Shown: positions 17,803 through 25,957 of the stretch, piece after piece
Layout: every line of letters begins with the position of its first letter
Numbering within the stretch: the stretch's first letter is position 1
Source: Chloroflexota bacterium
Lineage (GTDB): Bacteria > Chloroflexota > Anaerolineae > J102
Length of the DNA: 58,753 bases
Reading direction: 5' to 3'
NCBI GenBank assembly: GCA_024224665.1
Contig: JAAENG010000331.1
Coordinates: 1 to 58,753 of the forward strand
Notes under the pieces: generated by a model
What the model was told of the DNA's origin: nothing
Seen by the model: the letters and a program-made list of their open reading frames with translations, nothing else
Database searches by the model: none
Program-made: the position numbers and the translations under genes

Positions 17803-19743
17803 TCAACCAAATCCACCCCCGCCACCGCCGCCGCCGCCGCCGAAGCTGCCACCCCCGCTGAAACCACCGCCCGACCAGCCACCGCTGCCACTGCCACTGC
17901 CGCCGCTGGGCTGGGGTCTGCTGACCATGGTAGATGAGGCACTGGATAACATGGTGGTAAGGCCGACGCTCATGCCGGCAAGACCGGCGCTCATGCCGCC
18001 GCTGGCATCACCCAAACTGGGCATGCCCCCACCTGTTTCTGGCGATGAAGACGAGGGCGATCCACCACCGGCTACACTGCCGCCATAACCGGGCATGCCA
18101 TAACTGCCATATATGGGTCGGGGATAGGGTATGTACCAACCAGGAATGGGCGCCGATTCGACCTTAGACCATTTTTTGATGTATTTGCTTTCCAGGCCGA
18201 AGGCGATGGCGTAGGGCAGATAGCAGTCAAATAACTCGGTGGCGCGCTCCAGATCGGTATAGGAATCTATTTCTTCAAGATAAGTGCGGAAGGCTTGCCA
18301 GCGCGCGGACTGTTCGGCGCCTTCCTGTGTCTTTCGGGGCATCCAGCGCGCCAGGAAGATCATCCCAAAGGCGAACAAGCCGAATCCCAGGGGAAGGCAT
18401 AAAGCAAAATCGCTAAAAGAGGCCAGCGCAACGTTGATGGCGCAGCCGAAAACCACGGCAGCCAACAATGCTGCTATACCAAGAACTACCCAACGGCTCC
18501 GGGTTTTCTCGGGATGCGAAACGAAAAGCCCCTCTTCGACAACCTCCTCATACAACTCGGATCGTATCTTGGGTAAATGTTTGTAGAATTTGGTCTTGAG
18601 ATCGGATAGTTTCCTTTCGGTCTTACTCGATCCGAACAGCGAGGTGATCAATTGCCTTTCATAGGTCCTCAATTGTCCATCCGCCTGCTTCTCAAGCGTA
18701 TAGCGGAAGTCGGCCTCTCCACGACCAAATAGCCCTTTTTTCTCGGGTTCCAGTTCTTCCATACGGATGTACCCCTTGCGTCCCAGGTCGACCAGGGTGG
18801 CAAGGATATCTTCCATGTCAGCTTTTTCGTCGAGCAGGGTACCGACCATGCCAGGAGGCATATCAGAGGGGGGTTCGGGCAGATACTCGGCGGCAATATC
18901 AGCCTCCGCATCCCGACCTCGGGTGTACCAGATCAGGTATAGCAGCAGCGGAGCCAAGACAACGAAGAGCAGCGAAAACGCGCCGACAATGAGATTGATG
19001 ATCGGCCGCCGGTTACGGTCGAATTCGAATTGCGACTCCAATTCGGCGGCGCGGGCATCTTCTGATTGCTGCCAGGGTGCAGGGGCGCCTGCGACCACAC
19101 CAGGTGTAAATTCCACACGTACTTCAAAGGTTTGGCCGGGTGAGATGCGTTCTGTGGCTACGAACTGCGATGTCTGCGGATCAAGTAGCGTCATCTCGGA
19201 TGTAGTGAAATGGCTGTCCATGTTCTGGACTTCGGCAGGCGCCGGTACATGCACGATGACGGTGCTGTTATTGACCGCGAAAGATCGGTCGGGATAAACC
19301 GCCTTCCACCATATCAGATCACCCCCGTCGTAATAGCGCACCCCCCCATCTACCGTATAACCTATAAAGAATGCCCGGTTCTCGTCTTGCGCCTCTTCAA
19401 AATTCCAGCGAATGGTAACTGTCGAGCCGTCGTCATCGACGCTAAAGGTACCGGGCGCCTGGCTATTGCTTTGGGTGTAATCTCCCTGTTCGTCCCACAC
19501 CTTAATGTCGCGGATGCCTGTCACCAGATTTTTGGAAATACTACGAAACCCAAAGGTAAAGGAGCCGCTGGTGAATTCAATATCCTGCAGTTCGACGACA
19601 TCAAAACTGCCATCATCGTTGACTGTGATATCGACGTCGAAATGGTCCCAGTATAAGGTTTTGCTCTGTGCTGTGGCAGGTACCGTGAGCAAAGCTACAA
19701 GTACAAAAGATAGGAGTAGCCAGCGAAACGAGCGATTAAGCAT
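17803..19743 (-). CDS. DUF2207 membrane protein
   Basis: Signal peptide, a ~230-aa extracytoplasmic domain, TM segments, and a hallmark Gly-rich C-terminus (GGGFSGGGSFGGGGGGGGGGFG). Confidence 0.8.
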   Translation of the reverse strand: MLNRSFRWLLLSFVLVALLTVPATAQSKTLYWDHFDVDITVNDDGSFDVVELQDIEFTSGSFTFGFRSISKNLVTGIRDIKVWDEQGDYTQSNSQAPGTFSVDDDGSTVTIRWNFEEAQDENRAFFIGYTVDGGVRYYDGGDLIWWKAVYPDRSFAVNNSTVIVHVPAPAEVQNMDSHFTTSEMTLLDPQTSQFVATERISPGQTFEVRVEFTPGVVAGAPAPWQQSEDARAAELESQFEFDRNRRPIINLIVGAFSLLFVVLAPLLLYLIWYTRGRDAEADIAAEYLPEPPSDMPPGMVGTLLDEKADMEDILATLVDLGRKGYIRMEELEPEKKGLFGRGEADFRYTLEKQADGQLRTYERQLITSLFGSSKTERKLSDLKTKFYKHLPKIRSELYEEVVEEGLFVSHPEKTRSRWVVLGIAALLAAVVFGCAINVALASFSDFALCLPLGFGLFAFGMIFLARWMPRKTQEGAEQSARWQAFRTYLEEIDSYTDLERATELFDCYLPYAIAFGLESKYIKKWSKVESAPIPGWYIPYPRPIYGSYGMPGYGGSVAGGGSPSSSSPETGGGMPSLGDASGGMSAGLAGMSVGLTTMLSSASSTMVSRPQPSGGSGSGSGGWSGGGFSGGGSFGGGGGGGGGGFG

Positions 19744-20120
19744 AGGTTTGCTCCACCTGAATAGTGTCGAGACAGAAAATCATTTATATTCTAGCATATG
19801 CGGCGGACTAGGGGAATACAATCGCACCTGATCACTCTACGCACAAATGCAGTCAATGGTTGCGCCAGTTATGCGTACTCATTGTACCGTGATGATGCTC
19901 CTCTATCCTCTCCTGGCGATGACGGTGTCCTGACATCCGGCTGACGTTCTCATTCAACATTCAGGGAGGGTCCATTTACGGAAAATCACTTGCCATTCTA
20001 ACACCATCCTAAGGGGATACAATCGATGGCTGAAGGCGCGATCTAAATTCAGAGCGCTACAAAACGCCTTCAGGCGCAAGCCAGACACCTGAACGTGGCC
20101 TTACGGGAGCACGAGAAAGG

Positions 20121-20810
20121 CTACGGTGACAATAAAATATGCACGACGCCGGCCAAGCGTACAGCATCATCCCCGATCCAGGCCACGCGCAATCGTTGCG
20201 AGATCTGCACCCCATCGCGTAGCGAGCCATCCCATTCGACTGAATCGGCGATCTGGCGCAGACCATATTGATCTTCATACCATCCAGAGAACTCCGCACC
20301 CTTTTCGGGAACGATATCATCGAGCATCAGATGGGTACCTGGGACAGCTTCCCCAACAGCGACGTTGTAGGTGGCAGGCAGGCTGTAACGCACGGGCGCA
20401 TCGGGTACTGATGGTAGTGCCTTTGGATCGACACCCTCGACGATGATCGTCACGGTTCCGCCCAGGCCGAGGGATTCATCATTGTGCCAGAGCACCCGCT
20501 GATTGACGCTAAGTTCGGTCCCTGCCACAGGTGCACCTTGCCATTTGACGCTGTCAGCGCTCTTTTTATATGCGAGTTGGCCATCGATACGTAGTTCGGC
20601 GCCTTTTTCCTCGTCCGACCTGATGTACTGCACCCCGGCGCCTGGCATCATCCCACCTACCGGCACAGTCTCCTTGTTTGGGCCGCTGAACGTCATCTGT
20701 CCCGCTTCACTGCCACTGCTACCTGGGCTGAGTCCTTGGCAAGCGGCCAGCGTCAGGAGAATCAGGCATGTCAGTACGAGTATGAACTTAACACCAAATC
20801 TGGCCATCAT
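20121..20810 (-). CDS. Hypothetical lipoprotein
   Basis: ORF 20121..20993. The internal start MMARFGVKFILVLTCLILLTLAAC has a lipobox (LAAC) and is preceded by AAGGAAG. Confidence 0.6.
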   Translation of the reverse strand: MMARFGVKFILVLTCLILLTLAACQGLSPGSSGSEAGQMTFSGPNKETVPVGGMMPGAGVQYIRSDEEKGAELRIDGQLAYKKSADSVKWQGAPVAGTELSVNQRVLWHNDESLGLGGTVTIIVEGVDPKALPSVPDAPVRYSLPATYNVAVGEAVPGTHLMLDDIVPEKGAEFSGWYEDQYGLRQIADSVEWDGSLRDGVQISQRLRVAWIGDDAVRLAGVVHILLSP

Positions 20811-20865
20811 ATCTGCTTCCTTGGGGGGGGAATGCAAAGGTTGTTTAGTGCTATAGAGACGACTT

Positions 20866-21333
20866 TCAGGGTGTGTTGGTTCCGGCTTCAGGCACTTCAA
20901 ATTCGATCTCAGGTTGCGCATTGCCGCTGAGGACCAAATCCAACCACAGTTCCCAATTCTCTGGGGTGGGGGGTGCTTCCAGTCCGAGATCAAGCTCGAG
21001 GAGGGTGGCAGGCTCTATACCGGCCTCGTTATCTGAATTAAGTGTCGCCACAGTTTGATCACCCTCGCGCGCCCAGTTCAACTCATTGCGAGCGAAGGCC
21101 TCCGCCTGCACCGATTTATCCACATCAGTCAGCCACTCCAAAATCTGTGCTTTTACGGCCTCTTCTTCTTGTACTCGCGTTGCGACGTATTCTTGCTGGG
21201 ACTGGACTTTGCTGTTCAGGACAATGCGCCCGCTGTAGCTGATGATAAAGGTCAGACACGCCACAATGCTCAGGGCGATGAGGATCTGTCGCACTGTCAA
21301 TAATTGTCGTTGGGGGAGTGACTGGCGTCCCAT
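20866..21333 (-). CDS. Single-pass membrane coiled-coil protein, possibly FtsB/DivIC-like (septum formation initiator)
   Basis: TM ILIALSIVACLTFIISY is followed by a coiled coil and ARNELNWAREGD, which resembles the FtsB/DivIC C-terminal motif. Weak assignment. Confidence 0.45.
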   Translation of the reverse strand: MGRQSLPQRQLLTVRQILIALSIVACLTFIISYSGRIVLNSKVQSQQEYVATRVQEEEAVKAQILEWLTDVDKSVQAEAFARNELNWAREGDQTVATLNSDNEAGIEPATLLELDLGLEAPPTPENWELWLDLVLSGNAQPEIEFEVPEAGTNTP

Positions 21334-21471
21334 AGGTTTTCTCGACGGGAGTGTGCCGTGGGGGCTAGAGAACGAGGTTTTATTAAACTACGCCACTACT
21401 GCGAATCGGCCAGCCTAGGGTTTTTGGATTTTATCCGATCCTCGTTCCTGGCTACCAGGCGGTGATTAGTG

Positions 21472-21504
21472 CAGAAAATCCTCGCGTCAGCTTGGCGAGG
21501 ATTT
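21472..21504 (-). terminator. Rho-independent terminator downstream of tRNA-Leu
   Basis: Stem aaatcctcgc/gcgaggattt (21476-21485 / 21495-21504). On the minus strand it is followed by TTTTCTG. Confidence 0.65.
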
Positions 21505-21515
21505 CTTGAATGGAG

Positions 21516-21600
21516 TGCCGATGGAGGGATTCGAACCCCCACGAGCCAAATGCCCACTGCGCCCTGAACGCAGCGCGTCTGCCAGTTCCGCCACATCGGC
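21516..21600 (-). tRNA. tRNA-Leu (anticodon CAG), class II with long variable arm, CCA not encoded
   Basis: Minus-strand GCCGATGTGGCGGAACTGGCAGACGCGCTGCGTTCAGGGCGCAGTGGGCATTTGGCTCGTGGGGGTTCGAATCCCTCCATCGGCA. It shows a 7-bp acceptor stem, anticodon stem CTGCG/CGCAG with loop TTCAGGG, and a GGTTCGAAT T-loop. Confidence 0.93.
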
Positions 21601-21647
21601 CTATCAATTGTTGGTGCATACTTAAACACCATAACCCGAATTCTACA

Positions 21648-23336
21648 CTACCTTTCTAGATTGTCAAACTCCAATGTACGGCGCTCAGATAGCGTGACTT
21701 TTCTCAGCTGGGTGTACCAGTCGGCGAAGGTGCGGAAGCGTTCAGCCGGTTCGTTGATTCGGCCCACCTCCACATCATTAACGGCTGTAGAGACGCCATA
21801 GGTGTAAAGGGGATAGTAAAGCAAAATGGCGGGAAGATCTTGGGCGAAAAGCTTTTGGAATTCGTAGTAGAGATCTCGGCGGCTGTCCCGGTCTGTGGTG
21901 ATACGCGCTTGTTCCATGGCGATATCAGCCTGGCGGTTATTCCAGCCGCTATAATTCTGGCCGGCCGGGCTGATCTGGCTGGAATGCCACAGCGGGTAGG
22001 GATCAGGATCGCCGATCAGTTCCCAGTTGACCAGGGCAGCCGAGAAGTTGCGTGGTACCAGGAAATCACTTACCAGGCCGGTAAAGGACACGGGCTGGGT
22101 GATAGCGCGCACGCCGATCCGAGCCAAATCGCTGGCGATAGCCTGGTTGACCAGCAGCGAGTGGGGTGCATCGTCGCTGAGGAGGATGAATTCCAAGGGT
22201 CGGTCATCCAGTTCGCGTATGCCATCATTATCAGTATCCACCCAACCGGCTTGTTCCAACAGTGCCTGAGCTTTTCCCGGGTCATATTCATAGCTGGGTG
22301 TGTCGGGGTTATGTGCCCAACTTTCCGGTAGTATAGGACTATCTGCCAGCATGCCGGCGCCGGGTATGACATCCTGCAGCAGGCGCTCTCTATCGATACC
22401 ATGGGCGATGGCCTGACGGATGATTGGATCGGCCAGGAAGGGGGCATTGGCTGATTCGAGATTAAAAAGAAGGAGGGTGAAGCCGGGCATGGGTGAGGTG
22501 AAGAGTTGCAGGTCGGTCATTGCCTCGGCCCGGCCTATGTATTCTGGCAAGATGCGGCTGACGCCATGCACTTCACCCTGTTCGGCTGCCACCAGGATAC
22601 TTTGATAGTCCGGGTAGAATCGGAATTCGAGTGCATCGAGATAGGGAGGTTGTTCGAACTCGCGGGACACCGGTTCCAGCCGTATATGTTGGCTATCGAT
22701 CTCGGTGACTCGGAAGGGGCCGCTACCGATGGGCTGGGTGTTGAGTTGGGCCCGCGCCAGCTCCCGCGGTTTGTAGCGCTGCCAGTAATGTTTGGGCAAG
22801 ACGCCGAACCATCGCACCGTTGTGTAGTCAGGAAATGCGGCGTATGGTTCAGATAGCTGGAAAACGACCGTACGATCATCGATCTTTCTGGCTATCACCG
22901 AACGCCAGAGTACGGCCAAGTCGGGCAACACCTGAAGGCCAGGGTCCTGCATCAGTTCGACAGTGAAGATCACATCGTCGGCTGTGATGCGTAAGCCGTC
23001 GTGCCAACGGGCGTCGGGCCGCAAAGTGAAGGTAAAGACATCGCTGGCCGGGCTGACCTCCCAGCTTTCGGCCAGGTCAGGCTGCAGTTCCCCGCGTTGG
23101 TCGAAGCGTAAGAGACCGTTGAAGATGAGCGCGCAAAGATCCCGGTCCACTTCATTGTATTGGCAGAGAACCGGGTTGATGTATTGGGGATTGCCTGCTA
23201 CCCCTTCCACAAAGACGCCCCCGCGTGCGGGGACGAATTCAGACGTGTAAGTGTAAGTTGCGTAGCTAAGCAGGGCGACGACCAGCAACAGGCCCAGGAG
23301 GGCCAAAACCGCCTGCCAGCGTACGTGACGACTCAA
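21648..23336 (-). CDS. ABC transporter substrate-binding protein, family 5 (peptide/nickel, OppA/DppA-like)
   Basis: 562 aa with an N-terminal signal anchor. SBP_bac_5-like sequence runs throughout (NPVLCQYNEVDRDLCALIFNGLLRFD...). No permease or ATPase genes are adjacent. Confidence 0.88.
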   Translation of the reverse strand: MSRHVRWQAVLALLGLLLVVALLSYATYTYTSEFVPARGGVFVEGVAGNPQYINPVLCQYNEVDRDLCALIFNGLLRFDQRGELQPDLAESWEVSPASDVFTFTLRPDARWHDGLRITADDVIFTVELMQDPGLQVLPDLAVLWRSVIARKIDDRTVVFQLSEPYAAFPDYTTVRWFGVLPKHYWQRYKPRELARAQLNTQPIGSGPFRVTEIDSQHIRLEPVSREFEQPPYLDALEFRFYPDYQSILVAAEQGEVHGVSRILPEYIGRAEAMTDLQLFTSPMPGFTLLLFNLESANAPFLADPIIRQAIAHGIDRERLLQDVIPGAGMLADSPILPESWAHNPDTPSYEYDPGKAQALLEQAGWVDTDNDGIRELDDRPLEFILLSDDAPHSLLVNQAIASDLARIGVRAITQPVSFTGLVSDFLVPRNFSAALVNWELIGDPDPYPLWHSSQISPAGQNYSGWNNRQADIAMEQARITTDRDSRRDLYYEFQKLFAQDLPAILLYYPLYTYGVSTAVNDVEVGRINEPAERFRTFADWYTQLRKVTLSERRTLEFDNLER

Positions 23337-23366
23337 GGTATCAGCGGGACTTGGGGTCGCAGGCCG

Positions 23367-23588
23367 TTAGCCGATGACGTAGGCTGCGATAATCGATAGG
23401 ATGAAGAAAAGGGCGGTGACGACGACCGTCGCCTGGTAGATGGTTTTTTCCAGGCCACGGCGCGTGCGGTACACGGTCGTGTCACTACCAAACATGCTGC
23501 CCGCGCCGCTATTCTGGGTGCCAAGCACGACCAGTACGACGAGGACAACGCCTATAATGATTTGGGCAATGAGGATAAATGCTTCCAA
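23367..23588 (-). CDS. secG: Preprotein translocase subunit SecG
   Basis: 73 aa from a TTG preceded by GAGGAG. It has two TMs and the conserved LGTQNSGAGSMFG segment. The longer ORF to 23681 is probably an over-extension. Confidence 0.8.
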   Translation of the reverse strand: MEAFILIAQIIIGVVLVVLVVLGTQNSGAGSMFGSDTTVYRTRRGLEKTIYQATVVVTALFFILSIIAAYVIG

Positions 23589-23895
23589 GGGTAATATCTC
23601 CTCTAGATGGGTCAGCGGACGATTATAGCATTGCTGGCGGGAGGGAACAAATATGGCGCTTCGAGTGCGGGGCGCCGCCATGCATCCATCTTGGTGCTCT
23701 TCCCGCTTGTCAACCCGATACTTCCAGTATCTGATCAGAAATGAGATATAAATAAGGCAATGGAAATTGCTTGGCGTAAAGTACGAACCGCCCTCAGGCG
23801 CTGTGACCAGGTCCTGATGACTTTTAACAAATTATACGGTAGTATATCGGGAGCTAGTTTTTCAGCACACAGAGTTGAACACGATCGAAGACACT

Positions 23896-24810
23896 ATGAC
23901 CCACCATTATTTCACACCTCAGATTTATCACACGACCCTCGGATCGCACGAGCCGGTGCTGCGGATCGAACATGGCGACACGGTCTCGACCACCACTGTC
24001 GATGCCGCCGGAAAAGATGCGAGCAATGAGCAGGTGACGCCCCCCGGCAACCCCCAATCCGGCCCCTTCTACATCGATGGCGCTGAACCGGGTGATACGC
24101 TCGCCGTTACGTTAGACCATGTGGCACCCAATCGCAGGGTCGGGTTCAGTTCCGGGGTTATTGCGCCCAATGTTCTAGACTTTGGTCATGTGCCTGCTTT
24201 CGACGATGATATCAACTATCTCGAATGGGGGATAGATTCCGAGAACGGCACGGTTCGCGCCCTCGGCATGGACCGGCTCAACAATCTGATCCTGCCCCTC
24301 AACCCCATGGTTGGGTGTTTTGGGGTGGCGCCTGCACGCGGGCAGGCGATCTCTACTGCGACATCCTCCACTCACGGCGGCAACATGGATTACCGGGGAT
24401 TCGTTCAGGGCGTCAAGGTTCATTTCCCCGTATTCGTCCCAGGCGCCCTCTTCCATATTGGGGACGGCCACGCCCTGCAGGGTGACGGGGAGATCGTTGG
24501 CACTGGCATTGAAATCTCCTTGGATGTGACCTTCTCCGTACTGGTGATAAAGGGTCAGGAGATCGGTTGGCCCAGGGCGGAAAACGATACCCACATCATG
24601 ACTTTTGGCAATGCCAGACCACTCGACCAGGCAGTCCAGCATGCCACAACGGAGATGATTCGCTGGCTGCACACGGATTATGGTCTGGATACCCGCACGA
24701 TTCACGTTCTGCTCGGCCAAGTGGTCGAATACGACGTCGGCAACATGTTTGATCCGGCTTACACGATGGTCTGCAAAGTGTCCAAGAAAGTCTTGGCAGA
24801 CATCACTTGA
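23896..24810 (+). CDS. Acetamidase/formamidase family amidohydrolase
   Basis: MTHHYFTPQIYHTTLGSHEPVLRIEHGDTVSTTTVDAAG... and GNMDYRGF...HIGDGHALQGDGEI match the FmdA/AmdA family. Confidence 0.85.
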   Translation: MTHHYFTPQIYHTTLGSHEPVLRIEHGDTVSTTTVDAAGKDASNEQVTPPGNPQSGPFYIDGAEPGDTLAVTLDHVAPNRRVGFSSGVIAPNVLDFGHVPAFDDDINYLEWGIDSENGTVRALGMDRLNNLILPLNPMVGCFGVAPARGQAISTATSSTHGGNMDYRGFVQGVKVHFPVFVPGALFHIGDGHALQGDGEIVGTGIEISLDVTFSVLVIKGQEIGWPRAENDTHIMTFGNARPLDQAVQHATTEMIRWLHTDYGLDTRTIHVLLGQVVEYDVGNMFDPAYTMVCKVSKKVLADIT

Positions 24811-24826
24811 TCGTTACCTCTAGCAA

Positions 24827-25741
24827 ATGTCAGATTCAGACTATAACGACAAGCTTGATGCTTTGGTGCGCAGTATCAACCCTCGATACAAGCTCCTGCG
24901 AACATGGCAGTTCACGGGTGGTGTCTCCGCTCAGGTGACAGCGCTTGAGATCGAGCAACCTGATGGTCACAGGCAGAAAATGATCGTCCGCCGCCATGGT
25001 GAGGTGGACCGCAAGCAGAATCCGCTGATCGCGGCAGACGAATTCAAGCTCTTGCAATTATTGCGATCCCAAGGATTAGCGGTACCGACGCCTTATTATT
25101 TCGATCAGTCTTGTGAGAGCTTATCCCTCCCGTACCTTGTCATTGAATACATTGAGGGCGAAACTGATTTTTGCCCAAGCAATCTGGCCGATTATATCTA
25201 TCAACTGGCCACACACTTGGCCAAGTTTCATCGTGTACTTGAGTCGCAGTTTGACCTATCTTTTCTTCCCAAGCAGGGCAATGGTTTTGTTGAACGTCCT
25301 GAAAAGTTTGACGAATCATTGCACGAAGGGCGTATTCGAGAGACATTGACAGCCATGTGGCCCCTACCTCAAATCAACGAATCGGTATTACTTCATGGCG
25401 ATTTCTGGCCTGGCAACGTGTTATGGGTAGAGGGTCGGCTCGCTGCCGTAATCGACTGGGAGGATGCCACTGTAGGAGATCCACTTGCGGACGTTGCAAA
25501 CAGCAGGCTCGAGATCCTGTGGGCCTTCGGGAAAGACGCCATGCATCGTTTCACTGATCACTATCAGTCTATGACAACCATCGATCTCACCAATCTCCCT
25601 TATTGGGATCTATGTGCTGCCTTGCGTCCTGCCTCGAAAATCGGCCAGTGGGGACTCACCCCGAGCACCGAAAAGGCAATGCGGGCAGAGCACAGATGGT
25701 TTGTCGATCAGGTATTGGAGAAGTTGAACGAGGTCGGATAG
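24827..25741 (+). CDS. Aminoglycoside-phosphotransferase-fold (APH) kinase
   Basis: Catalytic and activation segment LLHGDFWPGNVLWVEGRLAAVIDWEDATVGDPLADVA. Confidence 0.8.
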   Translation: MSDSDYNDKLDALVRSINPRYKLLRTWQFTGGVSAQVTALEIEQPDGHRQKMIVRRHGEVDRKQNPLIAADEFKLLQLLRSQGLAVPTPYYFDQSCESLSLPYLVIEYIEGETDFCPSNLADYIYQLATHLAKFHRVLESQFDLSFLPKQGNGFVERPEKFDESLHEGRIRETLTAMWPLPQINESVLLHGDFWPGNVLWVEGRLAAVIDWEDATVGDPLADVANSRLEILWAFGKDAMHRFTDHYQSMTTIDLTNLPYWDLCAALRPASKIGQWGLTPSTEKAMRAEHRWFVDQVLEKLNEVG

Positions 25742-25957
25742 CCGCTGCTACTATTGTTTCAGCTGAACCTACAGTCGGGTTTTCAACCACAGCCGGTGGA
25801 TGTGAATATGGAGAATGTGATAGACACTGGCCAATAGGTGGCAATGCGGTAGACATAGTCTACTGGTCGATTATCTGAGTGGTTGTATATGAATTCGGGT
25901 AATTAGGTGACATCTTCATAGGGTGATAATAGGGATCCGCCAATACATAGGCGCCCA

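Noticed and set aside
21396-21632. 78-aa ORF on the minus strand
   Set aside because: It overlaps tRNA-Leu and its terminator on the same strand, so it is spurious.
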